From: the human T2T-CHM13v2.0 reference genome, Homo sapiens
Assembly: GCF_009914755.1 (NCBI RefSeq)
Contig: NC_060936.1
Length of the DNA: 64,000 bases
Direction: 5' to 3' (one strand)
Below, one piece after another: positions 1 through 12,594 of the stretch (positions within the stretch are counted from its first letter, which is position 1; each line of letters begins with the position of its first letter). Under the pieces are notes generated by a model. It had not been told where the DNA came from, did no database searches, and saw only the letters and a program-made list of their open reading frames with translations. The position numbers and the translations under genes were made by a program.

Positions 1-797
1 AAAAGAAGACATTTATGCAGCCAACAAGAATATGAAAAAAAGCTCATCATCACTGGTCATTAGAGGAATCGAAATCAAAACCACAATGAGACAACATCTC
101 ACGCCAGTTAGAATGGTGATCATTAAAAAGTCAGGAAACAACAGATGCTGGTGAGGATGTGGAGAAATAGGAACACTTTTACACTGTTGGTGGGAATGTA
201 AATTAGTTCAACCATTGTGGAAAACTGTGGCGATTCCTCAAGGATCTAGATCCAGAAATACCATTTGACCCAGCAATCCTATTACTGGGTATGTACCCAA
301 AGGATTATAAATCATTCTACTATAAAGACACATGCAGATGTATGTTTGTTGAAGCACTGTTCACAATAGCAAAGACTTGGAATCAACCCAAATGCTCATC
401 AATGATAGACTGGATAAAGAAAATGTGGCATATATACACCGTGGAATACTATGCAGCCTTAAAAAATGATGAGTTCATGTGTTTGGCAGGGACATGGATG
501 AAGCTGGAAACCATAATTCTCAGCAATCTAACACAGGAACAGAAAACCAAACACTACATGTTCTCACTCATAAGAGAGAGTTGAACAATGAGAGCACATG
601 GACACAGGGAGGGGAACTTCAGACATCAGGACCTATCAGGGGTTGGGGGGCTAGGGGAGGGATAGCATTAGGAGAAATACCTAATGTATATGACTGGTTG
701 ATGGGTGCAGCAAATCACCATAGCAAATCACCTATGTAACAAACCTGCATGTTCTGCACTTGTATCCCAGAACTTAAAGTATATATATATATAAAAA
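1..797 (+). mobile_element. LINE-1 3' end (L1PA7-like): ORF2 C-terminus, 3'UTR and short A/TA tail; continues left of the window
   Basis: ORF 291..584 translates as the L1 ORF2 C-terminus (KTWNQPKC...KKMWHIYT); G-rich 3'UTR and ...cccagaacttaaagtata end. Confidence 0.95.
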
Positions 798-1964
798 GAG
801 AGAGATAGGATGATAATTCATAATACATGGTTAAATAATACATAATACATTTTTGTTCCGTGTATAAAATATGATTATTTTATAATAAGGCTCAGAGTTT
901 TATTTGGTTTGATAAGAAAACACCAGAGATTGCAGAATGTTGTGCTTTCCTTAATATTTGTGTTTCTAATATTCTTTGAACTTTATAATATAAAGTCTTT
1001 TTGTGACAGGTTAAATTTAATGGTAGTAATAATATGAATTAACTTGAGGACAGGAAATCACTGGAAAACAATTTAAAATTATTACTAATGCATTAAGTAA
1101 TGTGGTAAAATTATCAATCATTTGGAAATTAGTCTAAAAAATCATTTTAGAAAAATTTGCAAATTTTGAGTTCAAACGTAGCCTCTAAATATTTGATCCC
1201 ATAAGAAATTATTTGGTGTGAACTGATTTTACTAAGAGTTCAACCATGTATAATAATAATTATTGGAGGTAGTATTTCCTTATTAATATGAGAAAGCAAT
1301 ACATTTTAAGAAGTGAATAATTTTATTTCTAAGCCTAATAGATTTGCCATAAAATGAGTATTCAGTTACCTTTTCCATCTTTTCTCACAAAGCTAAATTG
1401 AATTTAAAATGAAAACTGAAAAAAAGGGGCTCAGAAATATTTGGTAACCATTAGGAACCTGCAGAAAGATTTTTCAGGTTTTTTTCTTTCCCTTGAAAGC
1501 CCAGGAAAACTAAGTTAAAAGCTCTGTATACTGAATGATTTACATCCTGTTGTGATTCAGTGACTTTAAGTGTTAACTGAAGTTTTTCTTTGTGAGACAT
1601 AGAATAGACCACGAAGAACTTTTTGCCAGTTGTATTATGTAGTGCACCATTACTCCTAAATGCAGTAGCATATTTTACTTCTTGGCATTTATCCTATTTT
1701 CTTTTTATTTTTTCTAAAAAATAAAAAAGGATATCATAGCAGCTATTATTAAGTATAAATTAGATATATGTTCCTAGTCATATTCTTTCAAACAACCAAG
1801 CCTTTTTTTCCTATTTTCTTTTTCTTGTTGTTTCATTTCTATTTTGAAGAAATAATTGTAGCTTTACTTGTATGGTCTGAGGCCAGACTAAAGAGTGTGT
1901 ATTTCTCTGAATATAACAACAATCATCTATTTATTTATGTAGTAATTCACTTAGTTTTGATATT

Positions 1965-2200
1965 TTATTCAATTACCAGTTACTGACTGCATACAATGTA
2001 CCAAAAGGTCTTCGAAGTTCTAGAAATATGGATGGACAAGCTATAGTCTCTATTTCCAAGAAACTGAGTTTATTATGGTAGGCAGATAAGGGAGCCCAAT
2101 TCTATTGCCCAGAGTACTGTGTCAGAGGCATATTTGGTTTGATAGGGGAGCACTGAAAAGCTTCCAACTTAACTTGGATATTTCAGAAAAAGTCTTTTAG
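1965..2200 (-). mobile_element. L2 3' fragment
   Basis: Degenerate reverse complement of the L2 3' end (ttattcaatt...actgactgcatacaatgtacca...gacaagctatagtctcta). Confidence 0.55.
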
Positions 2201-3134
2201 AAAAACTAACATTTTATATTTCCATAAGGGTCTTGATTTTTGTCATCAGCACGACCTGCAACTTATTTTGTAGGTAATCATTTTATAAAATTATTTCACG
2301 AAGAACGAGCTGATATCCTCTGTTTTTCTATTTCAGGAAGAATTGTTTCTTGTCCAATGTTCATGCTTTAGGATGATATGTGGGAAGTGAGAATTGAGAG
2401 GTAGAATTACTCATGGGATGAACTCCTTCCTATCTACCTGTGTTCCCACAGATGCTTAATAAATGGAGGCAGAAAAAAGCCCCTATATAAGTGATTATAT
2501 ATTTTGTGCTATTTTATTTTTGTTTAATTCTGTGGCAAATATTTTTATGTACATGGTCAATAGAAACAATAGCTCAGCAATAGAAGTATTCAGTACAAAA
2601 TATTATTGTGTCTAAATATCAAAATTGCTGCAAAAATTGGTATTAGAAATTGAAATCAAACAAGTGAATTAATCATTAAAATGAAGATTTGGACATTTCA
2701 TGCCAATCATTATTCCTGGTAGCAAAGCTTCTTCAATAAAAATTAATAGTATTCGGTAATGCAAAAAAAGCTTTTGTTTTTCCTTAATTGTAATGTTAAT
2801 GGTGCCTTCAACAACTATTGTATACATGAATTTTCCAGTACCTCATTCCTTATCTTTGCTCCTCTCTTTATAGAATATAGAGCAAATCAGCTATGAGCCA
2901 TTTCAATTTTCTGGCGTCCACACTTATAGACATTGATGCTATAGGTCCTCACTTCCTTTCCTCTAGTCTCTGATGATAAGATGTCCCTCATGTCTCACTC
3001 AAGTCAAACACCAATTTAGACTTTGATTCCTCTCTGTCTGTACTTCTGAGATTTTGCTATCTTAGTTATCCCTTTTTTCTGCAAAATCGTTAAGTGTTCT
3101 CTTCTTCTCTTTTGACTCTTTTTCATTTAGCATA

Positions 3135-3544
3135 TGCTATAGTTTGAATTTTTATTCCCCCAAATCTCATATTGAAATATCACCCCCAATATTGGAGATA
3201 GGGCCAAATGGAAGGTGTTTGGGTCATGGGGGCAGATCCCTCATTAATGGCTTGTTGCTGTTTGTGGTAATGAATAAGTTCTTACTCTGTTAGTTCTTGT
3301 GAGAGCTGGTTGTTTGAAAAGTCTTCCCCCTCTTCTTCCTCTTTTCACTGTGTGATTTCTGCACATGCCAGCTCCCCTTTGCCTTCTGCCATGAGTGGAA
3401 GTTGCCTGAAGCCCTCCCTGGAAGCAGACACTGATGCCTCACTTCCTGTACAGTCTGCAGAACCATGAGCCAAATAAACCTCTTTTATTTATAAATTACA
3501 CAATCTTAGATATTCATTTATAGCTGCACAAAAGGACAGAGCGA
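3135..3544 (+). mobile_element. MSTB solo LTR (ERVL-MaLR)
   Basis: tgctatagtttgaat...cagaaccatgagccaaataaacctctt matches MSTB; 5-bp TSD GCATA at 3130-3134 and 3545-3549. Confidence 0.9.
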
Positions 3545-4328
3545 GCATATAAACATGTTTATACACTTTTCCTCCTAACAAAAATCAACAATAACAATCA
3601 CTTAACACTAAATGCATGCCTCCAGCTACAGTTCAGTTTTTCAGCTTCCCTCCTTACAATCTCACAAAAGTTGTCTACTTTTGCAGTCTCCAGAACCTTA
3701 CTTCTGGCTGTGCTTTATCCCATCACAATATGGCTTAAGTCTTTGTTGACTGCCATATTGCCAAACTCAACATTATAAAAATGAAACTCTCTCTTGCATT
3801 TGGAACTTTTGATCATTTTCTCCATTGTGAGCATTTTTCTCTCCCTGACATTTTTACTTACTTGGTTTCCAAGACACCTTCACATTAACCACTGTAATGG
3901 CCTCCCAACTTTTCTCCAAGCTTTTATATTTACATGTGTCATCTGTATTTTCTCCTAAGGCATGATGCAAATCTTATATCGACTCCCCAGGGTAAATCCA
4001 ACAGAGGCTTCTCATTATCTGAAAAGCAAAATTCTAACACCTTAAAATAGAAATTCAAGTCCCTCTAGATTTGACCCTGCCACTCTTTCCAGCCTGAGCT
4101 CCTCATTTTTAAGAAATATTCCTGGCTCCTCACGTTTGGTGCTCTCAGAATTTCATCTTTGATCTATGATTTTCCTTAGTCAAGTACTGTCCTGAATAAC
4201 CTTATCTGCTCTTAGGGTTTTACCACTTAGCTAAACACTTCATAGTCACCTCAAATTCACCATGTTAAAAAATGGAATAGTCTCCTCCCATCTAAATACG
4301 TTCCTTTTGGTTCCTTTTTTTTTCACTA

Positions 4329-4730
4329 GTGTATTCATCAAGATAAATTACTTTTATAACAAACAAATGTCAAATTAAATAAAATAAAGTTTAATAGATA
4401 TCAATACTGAATCTGTAGCTTCTCTAGGCTTTGCTGCTTGGAGTCATTCAGGGATGCATACTTCTTGTATGCCATGCTCTGCCCTAGGATCTTGGAATAC
4501 TCCTCAGAGTAATGTATCCAGATGAAGAGAATGACTGCAAGATTCCAAATGAAGGTTTTATGAGTTGGAAACAGAAGTAATAAATAACATTTCTAACTAT
4601 ATTCCGCTGGCCAGTACACAATCATAAAACCACCCTACCTACAATGAAGGCTGAAACCTGTAGTTTTTCCATGAGCCATGGAGTAAAAGTGAAGGGGTAC
4701 ACTGAACACACAGAACTTCACTAATGTAAC
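4329..4730 (-). mobile_element. Old MaLR LTR (MLT1J/K-like)
   Basis: tgtattcatcaagata...attccgctggccagtacacaatcat...aggctgaaacctgtagt resembles antisense MLT1J/K. Confidence 0.6.
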
Positions 4731-6872
4731 TGCTGCATTCCAAATAGTTTTACTGTTTTTACTTCCTAAATAAGTCTCAAATATGTTGCCACCATTATCC
4801 TTATCGTAACTAAACTTATTCTCATGGATCAGGCCCCATCATTTCTCAGAAGAACTGCTGCAATAGTCTCTAAACTGCAATCTTCGTCTTCTGCTTTAAC
4901 CCCTCCAGGCTACAAGAATAATCAAAAAAAGATTCAGATTTCATATACTAAACAACGCTGCTTAAATCCATTCAGTGACCTATCACATACAGGGTAGAAC
5001 TGTCATAGAGTGGAAAAACAAGGTTCTCTTAAAGTGAAATTTGCCTTTTTCAGTTGCTATCACTCTGGCCACACACTGCTTTCCATTTTAAGCTCAGCCA
5101 AGAGTAAAACACTTCTGGACCCTAAACAAAGGTATTCCATTCAGTATCTTTGTTCATTATGTTTTCCCACCTTAAACATGTTTCCCTCCTTAATCCATCA
5201 CTCCTAAGGATGAGTTAGGAGCATCTCATCAAATCTTGCATAATCTCTGGTATGCATTTGTCAATCAGTGATTTACTTCATTGTGTACAACAATCTGAGA
5301 AAGTGCTTAAATAATTCTTAAAACTATGAGATCCCTGATAAGTATCTTTCTCACTTTTCATTTTGAGCTCTGGCAGAATTCTTGGCATGTAGTAATCATC
5401 TATAAATATGTGCCAAATAAGTAAACTACTCTTAAGCAAAGACTTACTTTGAACTTCCATTTCTGGTTTCTGTACCTGTGTTTCTTGTTGACCCTATTAA
5501 TGTATGGTCATTCACTTCCATAGGGATAGTCTGAGACTGCCTCTAATCCAGTGGCTAGAGTTTCATTTTACATGGATAGATAACAAAATAATAAATTTGG
5601 GCCTATTAAATTTTCCATTTTGTACCCTGTCCATATGATTGGACATCCTGACACTGTATGAATCTCATATGATACCTGAACACTATATTATAAGCCCATC
5701 AAAGCTTTCTTGTGTTTGACTCTTATCAAATCAGTTCCTTCTAACCCATACCTGTCTTGTAGAATAGTTTCCTGCTTGTTTCTGTTTTATTCATCCAATT
5801 CCAGATACTACTGTGTGTTCACTCAAGAAACCAGTAATTTTTTACAACAAAGGCTATTTCACATTCTAACAATAGACACTTAAGACACAGGCATTTCTGC
5901 CACACAGTGGGATCAAGAATACAGCCATGATAATAGTACAAAAAAATACAGAGAAATTCAACTGGAGTAACAGAAGAATGTGGGCAGCAATCTAAGTGGA
6001 ATTTCCTGTTCTTCAGTGAATTGTAAAATTATTTGTGACCTGTGTGAACTGTGATTTACAAAGCAGCCCAAAAAGTATTGAAAGAAAAGTACTGTCGAAT
6101 CAATCATTTTTCATTAAATCCTTATTTCATTTTTCAAAATGGTAGAGCCAAAGCTTCTTCCAATAAACTGATTGATAGCTTTCAATTTATGATTCAATAC
6201 CAAGTACATTAGTTGTACTTGAACCTCCCAGAGTAAATCAATTTTTATATTGAGTGCCATTGACTTAAGTTAAATTATTGAAAGAAAGGATACAAGTGTA
6301 TAGCTTAAAATGCCAGGATGATTAAATAAATACTGGTAAAATATTAAGAACCTAGAATTGTTTAATTTGAAGTATAACTTGATACCTTTTCTAATATGTA
6401 AAGGGAAAATGGAGAGCACTAAATTATTTAAATTTAGGAATACTGTGAAACTATTATTTACATTGTGGCTCACTTGTAAGAAATATTTATAGAGTTCATT
6501 TGAGAGTTTTATTTCTTGATGGGCAAAAAAAGGAAAAATCATATATAATATTTTATTTTTATTTTTCAAAGTATGAATTTGATAATTTGGTTTTTGGTTA
6601 GTTACAATAAATAAATCTACATTCTGAACGAGATAGAGTTTGCTTCAACTCAAAAGACAAATCCATTTCCCAAGGTAAGTATTAATGTTTGGTCAGTCCT
6701 ACTACAAGCACTAATATTTGCTGTTCATCTTCTGTCAATTATCTTTACAAATATTATCTCTTCTGGGATTTATAAATAGATCCTTTGAAATCAAAATGAA
6801 TCAAGATGCATTAATTTTGTTTCATACATTACAGATTTTTAAAGATACTCATTCTTGAATTAAAAAATATAA

Positions 6873-7250
<378 letters not shown>

Positions 7251-7330
7251 AACGTCACTATTTTTGAATCCCTAATGATGTAAAGAGTTCAGAAAATGTT
7301 TCATTATTGTCAATTTCTGTACCCTCTAAA

Positions 7331-7364
7331 CATACACACACAGACACATACACACATATACACA
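7331..7364. repeat. Imperfect (CA)n microsatellite
   Basis: catacacacacagacacatacacacatatacaca. Confidence 0.85.
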
Positions 7365-7692
7365 TCCTGAAATATAGGTTATTCAAAGAAGTTGCTCAAA
7401 ACTTAGAAAATACATACTTATTAATATATAAATTGCTCCAGACTGGCCAACACAAGAGCATTTTATTCACACAACAGCTAAGCTAGAATTGGGTGAAGTC
7501 CTTAAAGTGTCTTTGAGCTCTGAGGTTTCAACGGCAAGAGAAGGAGGTGGAAACAGTGCTGAACCTCCAGAGGTTTTATTCTAAGGAAGATAAAGTTATA
7601 GGGGGGAAAGGGAGACCCAAGGATTTCTGGTGGCTTTTATTAAAAAAAGCAAGGAGTATCTTCAAATAAACGGGGTGTGAAATAATTATGGA

Positions 7693-7713
7693 TATTATTA
7701 TTATTATTATTAT
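7693..7713. repeat. (TAT)n microsatellite
   Basis: tattattattattattattat. Confidence 0.85.
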
Positions 7714-7869
7714 TTTCACAAACATTAAATGTTTATCTAAAAAGCTTCATGAAGTTCTTTAGAACATAGTCTAGGTGTCTTTCACCTCCTCTGTTCAAGT
7801 TTCCTAGATCTTCCAGCCTGAGTTTCAACTGATATTCATCTCCTGTGTACTTCTATAAAAATAATGTTT

Positions 7870-8075
7870 TATGAACGCTCTCCTTACTTCTCACAGGATG
7901 GAATTAAAATGCTATACAATCTCTCTTTCCTCATAGAGTCTGAGGAGAGTCTGAGACTCTCGAGAGCAGAAATTGTGCTTTTTTTCATCCTTGTATCCTT
8001 TCCAATAACACTACCACCATTGCCGAAGTATGTAGCAAATGGTAGGCACTCAATAAACACATGCTGAATGAATGA
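7870..8075 (+). mobile_element. L2 3' end (L2a-like)
   Basis: ...ggtaggcactcaataaacacatgctgaatgaatga, a typical L2 terminus. Confidence 0.75.
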
Positions 8076-8409
8076 CTGAGACACAATCGGAGAATATTAA
8101 ATGTATGTCAGACTGACTAGTGTACTTTTAATCATGGACCATGGATAATGAAGAGTCAAAAAAGTAGGTGCCACAAATTCAGTTTACTAGTAGGTTCCCA
8201 AGATGACAAAAATGTAGCAGATTTAAAAAGGATCTTCTAGTATTAAAAAAGCTAAAAAATAGGCTATAAGATTAATGATAAATACCAATTAATATATTAG
8301 TTGGTCACAGTGTCAGGGAGACAGAAGGGAATAATGTGGACAGTAGAGAATATATTCCATGGCTCAAGGGCATGCCTTTATCAATCCATTTTATTGTGGC
8401 AATGAGGAA

Positions 8410-8570
8410 ATTTGGGCTTGTACTGCTAGATTTAACAATTTCTACAAAGGGCTAGACGTTGAATCCATAGCAATTTTAATATGTTGGCTTTTTAAACATA
8501 TAGTATAAGCCAAAAAAAAACATAGTCTGTGAATCTGTAGCAGTGGCCATCAGAATTTTAATCTGCTCTT
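8410..8570. mobile_element. Old hAT DNA transposon relic (MER103C-like)
   Basis: tgctagatttaacaatttc...aattttaatatgttggc...ccaaaaaaaaacatagtctgtg resembles MER103. Confidence 0.4.
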
Positions 8571-9519
8571 AAGCGCTCTGAGTAGGATGGAAAGTGCTAA
8601 ATGAGTACATTAGGAAGTTTACTTTCACCCCAGGTAGGAGGCTGTTTGAATATTCCAGGCTGAAGCGCAAGCACATACAAATCCATTTTCCAAAAATTCC
8701 AAGTCCAGAAGCATGACAACAATGGATTATAGCTAATCATTTTGTAGTCTTCTACTATATTTGCCTATCCCAGGGGCATCAGGAAATACGATGGCACAGA
8801 CTAAATCAGTTGAAGTATTAGTATCTCTACATTTCAAATGTTATTTTTGTTCCCCCTTTACTTGCAACACTGTTACTGAGTTACCATACCTTACTACATT
8901 TCCCATACTTCTTCACTATTTTTGTTCCACCCAGCCTGTTCTTCTTTTGCAGCCTCCCTAGAATGTGACAGTCCACAGAAATATCTGATTTCAAAGAGAT
9001 GCTTGCATTCTGTACTGATGCCATCTAGAATTGTAAATGACCAGTGTCACACTGCTAAGTGGAGAAAGGTAAGGAAATTTGTTACAGGTCTTTATGTTTT
9101 TTAATCTCTTACAATCTTTTGAAGAAACATAAATGTTTTATTTTCAATTAATGTTTTTGTTACTTACTTTTGGTTCCATCTGTGCAAATCAAAATGCATT
9201 AACATTCTTGAACAATAGTACTGGAATGTTTATGCAAAATTGGACACAAATAATATTGCAAGGAATAGAAAAGAAGAATGAAGGAACTCTTCCAGAACAC
9301 TGCCAATGACTCTGGACTTATCTACATGGATTTGAAAAGAAATCTTGCACAAATAAATGAACTTCTAAGAAAAAAATAAGGCTAAGCTGCTCTCTGGACT
9401 GATTTATATGCCATTATAACAATACAAAGACAAATAGATGCATTTAAGTTAGCCTAGAGACTTATTCTTCACAGATATCATCAGAAAGTATGTATTAAGT
9501 CCCTATTCTCAAATTATTT

Positions 9520-9660
9520 CAGTATATGAAGTATTTTTCACATTTTACAAATAAAGAATTAATATTTCAGAAAATAACCAAAATTTACTAAGGATATTTG
9601 AATTAGTTAAAGCAGAGTTTATTTACTCTGGTAGTAACAGTACTTTTTTAAACTAAATGT
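9520..9660 (-). mobile_element. MIR fragment
   Basis: cacattttacaaataaagaatt...ttactaaggat..., degenerate antisense MIR core. Confidence 0.45.
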
Positions 9661-9798
9661 GACTGTAATTGGATAATCCTATTTTCTAACTGGCGTAGGA
9701 AATGCTTCTGTCTTAAATATATGCATTTGGACACTATTTTTGATTATATAATATCTGATACTGATATAAAACTGGTATATTATAGTATGCCGTGTATG

Positions 9799-10135
9799 TG
9801 GTTAACCCAGTAACAAGTCATGAAACCATTACTTAGTAATTAGTAGTATTCCTATGAAAGAAATGAGATACAGGCATTATTTCTTTTTATTGCAGCTTTG
9901 CATAATTAAAATATGCAATTTGATCTATTAAACTAGTAATTAAACACAAAATACTTGATATATAACTGGTTAACCCAGTTACAAGTCATGAAACCATTAT
10001 TTAGTAATTAGTAATGTTCGTATGAAAAAAATGAGATACAGGCATTATTTCTTTTCATTACAGCTTTGAGTAATTAAAAATATGCAATTTGATCTATTAA
10101 ACTACTAATTAAACACAAAACACTTAATATGTACC
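9799..10135. repeat. Tandem duplication of a ~168-bp unique unit (9799-9966 and 9967-10135), ~90% identical
   Basis: Both copies begin tggttaacccagt(a/t)acaagtcatgaaacc; about 16 differences by manual alignment. Confidence 0.95.
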
Positions 10136-10764
10136 AGAAAACTTGTGCTCTGAAATTGGATAACTGTTCATTGTCTGATCATTTCTCTCACTGTCTCTTC
10201 TCCCAAAGCGTGAAAGAAGAATCCCATCAGTACATTCACGATAGAGGAAATAAGAAACAATGAAAGCCACAAGTAAGTCCTGAGTTGATCAACAGTATTG
10301 CACTTCTCCAGGCAAGTAGAAAAATCTAATTTGTGTTCTACCTCCATTCCAAGCTTCTACACTCCACTTTTGAAGATATATACAATTAGTAAAATAGCCC
10401 CAAATAGTCAGAAAAAGAAAGGGGGCATTGGTTTAAATGCCTAGATTATTGAAATTATAGAAATAGGGCATTTCTAAAAAATCAAATAGTTTTCTCAACT
10501 TCTAACTAGATAATCTGTGTTTATGAAGATTCACATACCTGGGAAGAAAAAAGAAGTAATGTATTCTTATGCTTTTTGAATTTAGTTTCAACGTACTATA
10601 AAATGAAATTGCATCATTTTATTCAGTTTGTCACTCCCCCCACTCCACTCCACTCAAGACTTTAGCACTATCTACAATTTCAAATACAACCTAATACACT
10701 TATTAAGACCTTCATATACTAGCCCTTGCTTCTTCTAAAATAATACTCAAAATGGTAATACAAT

Positions 10765-10960
10765 TAATGGCTAATACTTTTCCTAGACATTGTGCTAAAT
10801 GTGTCACATGATCTCATTTACTTCAAAGAGATAAAAAGGAAACTGAGATAGAAAGAGGAGATAACCCAACTTGGCCTTATTTTCAGTTGCTGTTTCTACA
10901 AAGTTGAGCCCAATACAAGGTTATGTGTTCAGAATCTGTGTTCCTAACCCTCAACTATAT
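10765..10960 (-). mobile_element. MIR fragment
   Basis: agacattgtgctaaat...atctcatttac...aggaaactgagatagaaagagg, antisense MIR. Confidence 0.6.
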
Positions 10961-11982
10961 ATTTCAAACTTCACAGTATTACAGCACTCCACAAAACTCC
11001 CTCTCTCCTCCCTCTAAACTAAACATGCACTTAGTATGAACTTAGTTATAGAATGTGTTCATGGTCACTTAGCGAAGTATCCCTCCTGTTTCAAAGCATG
11101 AGCTTCTTATTCACAGCTATTCCACTCCAAATGCATATCTCAGATGTAAAAGGCTTCGTATTCACATGGTACTTAGTGTAGCGATATAAAGATGATTATC
11201 TCTCAATAAATATATTTCCTGAAAGCATTAATAGTAAAGACACAAATAATCCATTGTAAAACAAAGAATGTTGTCACGAACATTTGATTTCTTGTTTCAA
11301 AAGATAGGTTTGCTGCCAGACAGATTTCCTGTGCCAGATTTTTCATCACCAACAAAATTTTCAAAAAGATTTTCATTCACTTTCTGACTACCTTTGGCCT
11401 ATGTCCAAATTCTTTCTTAAGCGATTCCAAATTTAATTTTAACGTCAAGTGCTGCAGCTGAATATAAGGAATGTAGAGCTGGAGCAGAAATTCACCTTGC
11501 AGAGAAATGAAATTCATTTTAATTGGGAGCAAAGGAAGGAACTATCCTGAGTTTGCATGCTTTATCCAGTCCTGTTCTAACTTTTTATGCCTGGTCTTCT
11601 TGCTTCCTTAACCCTTAGACTCAGACCCGTCCACACTCTTGGGGCTCATTCTAGCTTGACCGTGATACTAAATGTGAGCCCTTCTTAAGAAAGTTGTAGA
11701 CTCACTAAAGTTCCAGTCAAGTTTATTGCATGTTGTTCCAACACCTTTACCAAAATTCTAACCTCATCATGCCCAAACTCCCCTTTTTTCTCTATAACCT
11801 ATTATTTGCAGGGCATAAATGACTGCCAAATTGAAAGGCTGGTCCAAGGATGAATATCTGCTCTGGACGCTAGGCTGGCCTAACCTAGTAGCACAGTTGC
11901 TATTTCTTTGTGTTAGCCCATAACAGGCATGTAGGTATCATTTCAAAGATGCTGAGTTACATAATTGTACTTACAGAAAAGG

Positions 11983-12205
11983 AAGCATGGTGTAGTGACT
12001 GAATGGACTCTAGAGTCAGGCTGTTTGGGCTGAATTCTCAGCTTTGATACTTACAAATTGTTTGACCTCAGACAACTTATTTAGCCTCTTAATATATTGG
12101 ATTTCTCAACTGCAAAGTGGGAATGATAATAGGTCTTACCTCATAGAGTTTTGGGGGATTAAAATGAGTTAATATATGTCAAGCATGTAAAATAATGCTA
12201 GCATT
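11983..12205 (+). mobile_element. MIR, near full length
   Basis: tggactctagagtcaggctg...ttacctcatagagtttt...gattaaaatgagttaatatatgt. Confidence 0.85.
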
Positions 12206-12309
12206 CAACAGTGTAGCTATGATTGTTTAAGACTTGCTGAATGAGTAAATAAATAAATAAGTAAACTATTGTGTAACACAATTTTTCTTGAAGTCCTAAC
12301 CTCTACTAC

Positions 12310-12594
12310 AATAAGTTAAAATGAAATCATTAGACTGGGCCCTAATCTAATATGACCTGTGTCCTTATAAAAAGAGGAAATTTGGACAAAAAGCAGTTAT
12401 AGAAAGAAGACCAAGTCAAGATACAGGAAAATATGGCTATCTACAAGCCAGGGAGAGAGGCCTGAGAAGAAACCAACTCTGCCAACAACTTGATCTCAGA
12501 CTTCTAGTCTCTAGAACTGTGAGAAATATGCTTCTGTAGTTTAAGCCACCCAGTGTGTGATACTTTGTTATGGCAGCCCTAGTAAACTAATACA
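12310..12594 (+). mobile_element. MLT1B-like LTR, 3' portion
   Basis: gggccctaatctaatatgac...agaactgtgagaaat...ttatggcagccctagtaaactaataca. Confidence 0.85.

Larger units (their letters stand above)
2905..5425 (+). mobile_element. Fragmented L2, interrupted by MSTB and MLT1 LTRs
   Basis: Pyrimidine-rich L2-like segments ending in an L2 3' terminus (ttggcatgtagtaatcatctataaatatgtgccaaataagtaaa). Confidence 0.6.

Noticed and set aside
291-739. 97-aa and 86-aa ORFs
   Set aside because: L1 ORF2 C-terminus and an off-frame reading of the same element.
9799-10135. Repeat array or CRISPR-like structure
   Set aside because: Only two adjacent copies with no spacers, in eukaryotic DNA; it is a simple tandem duplication.
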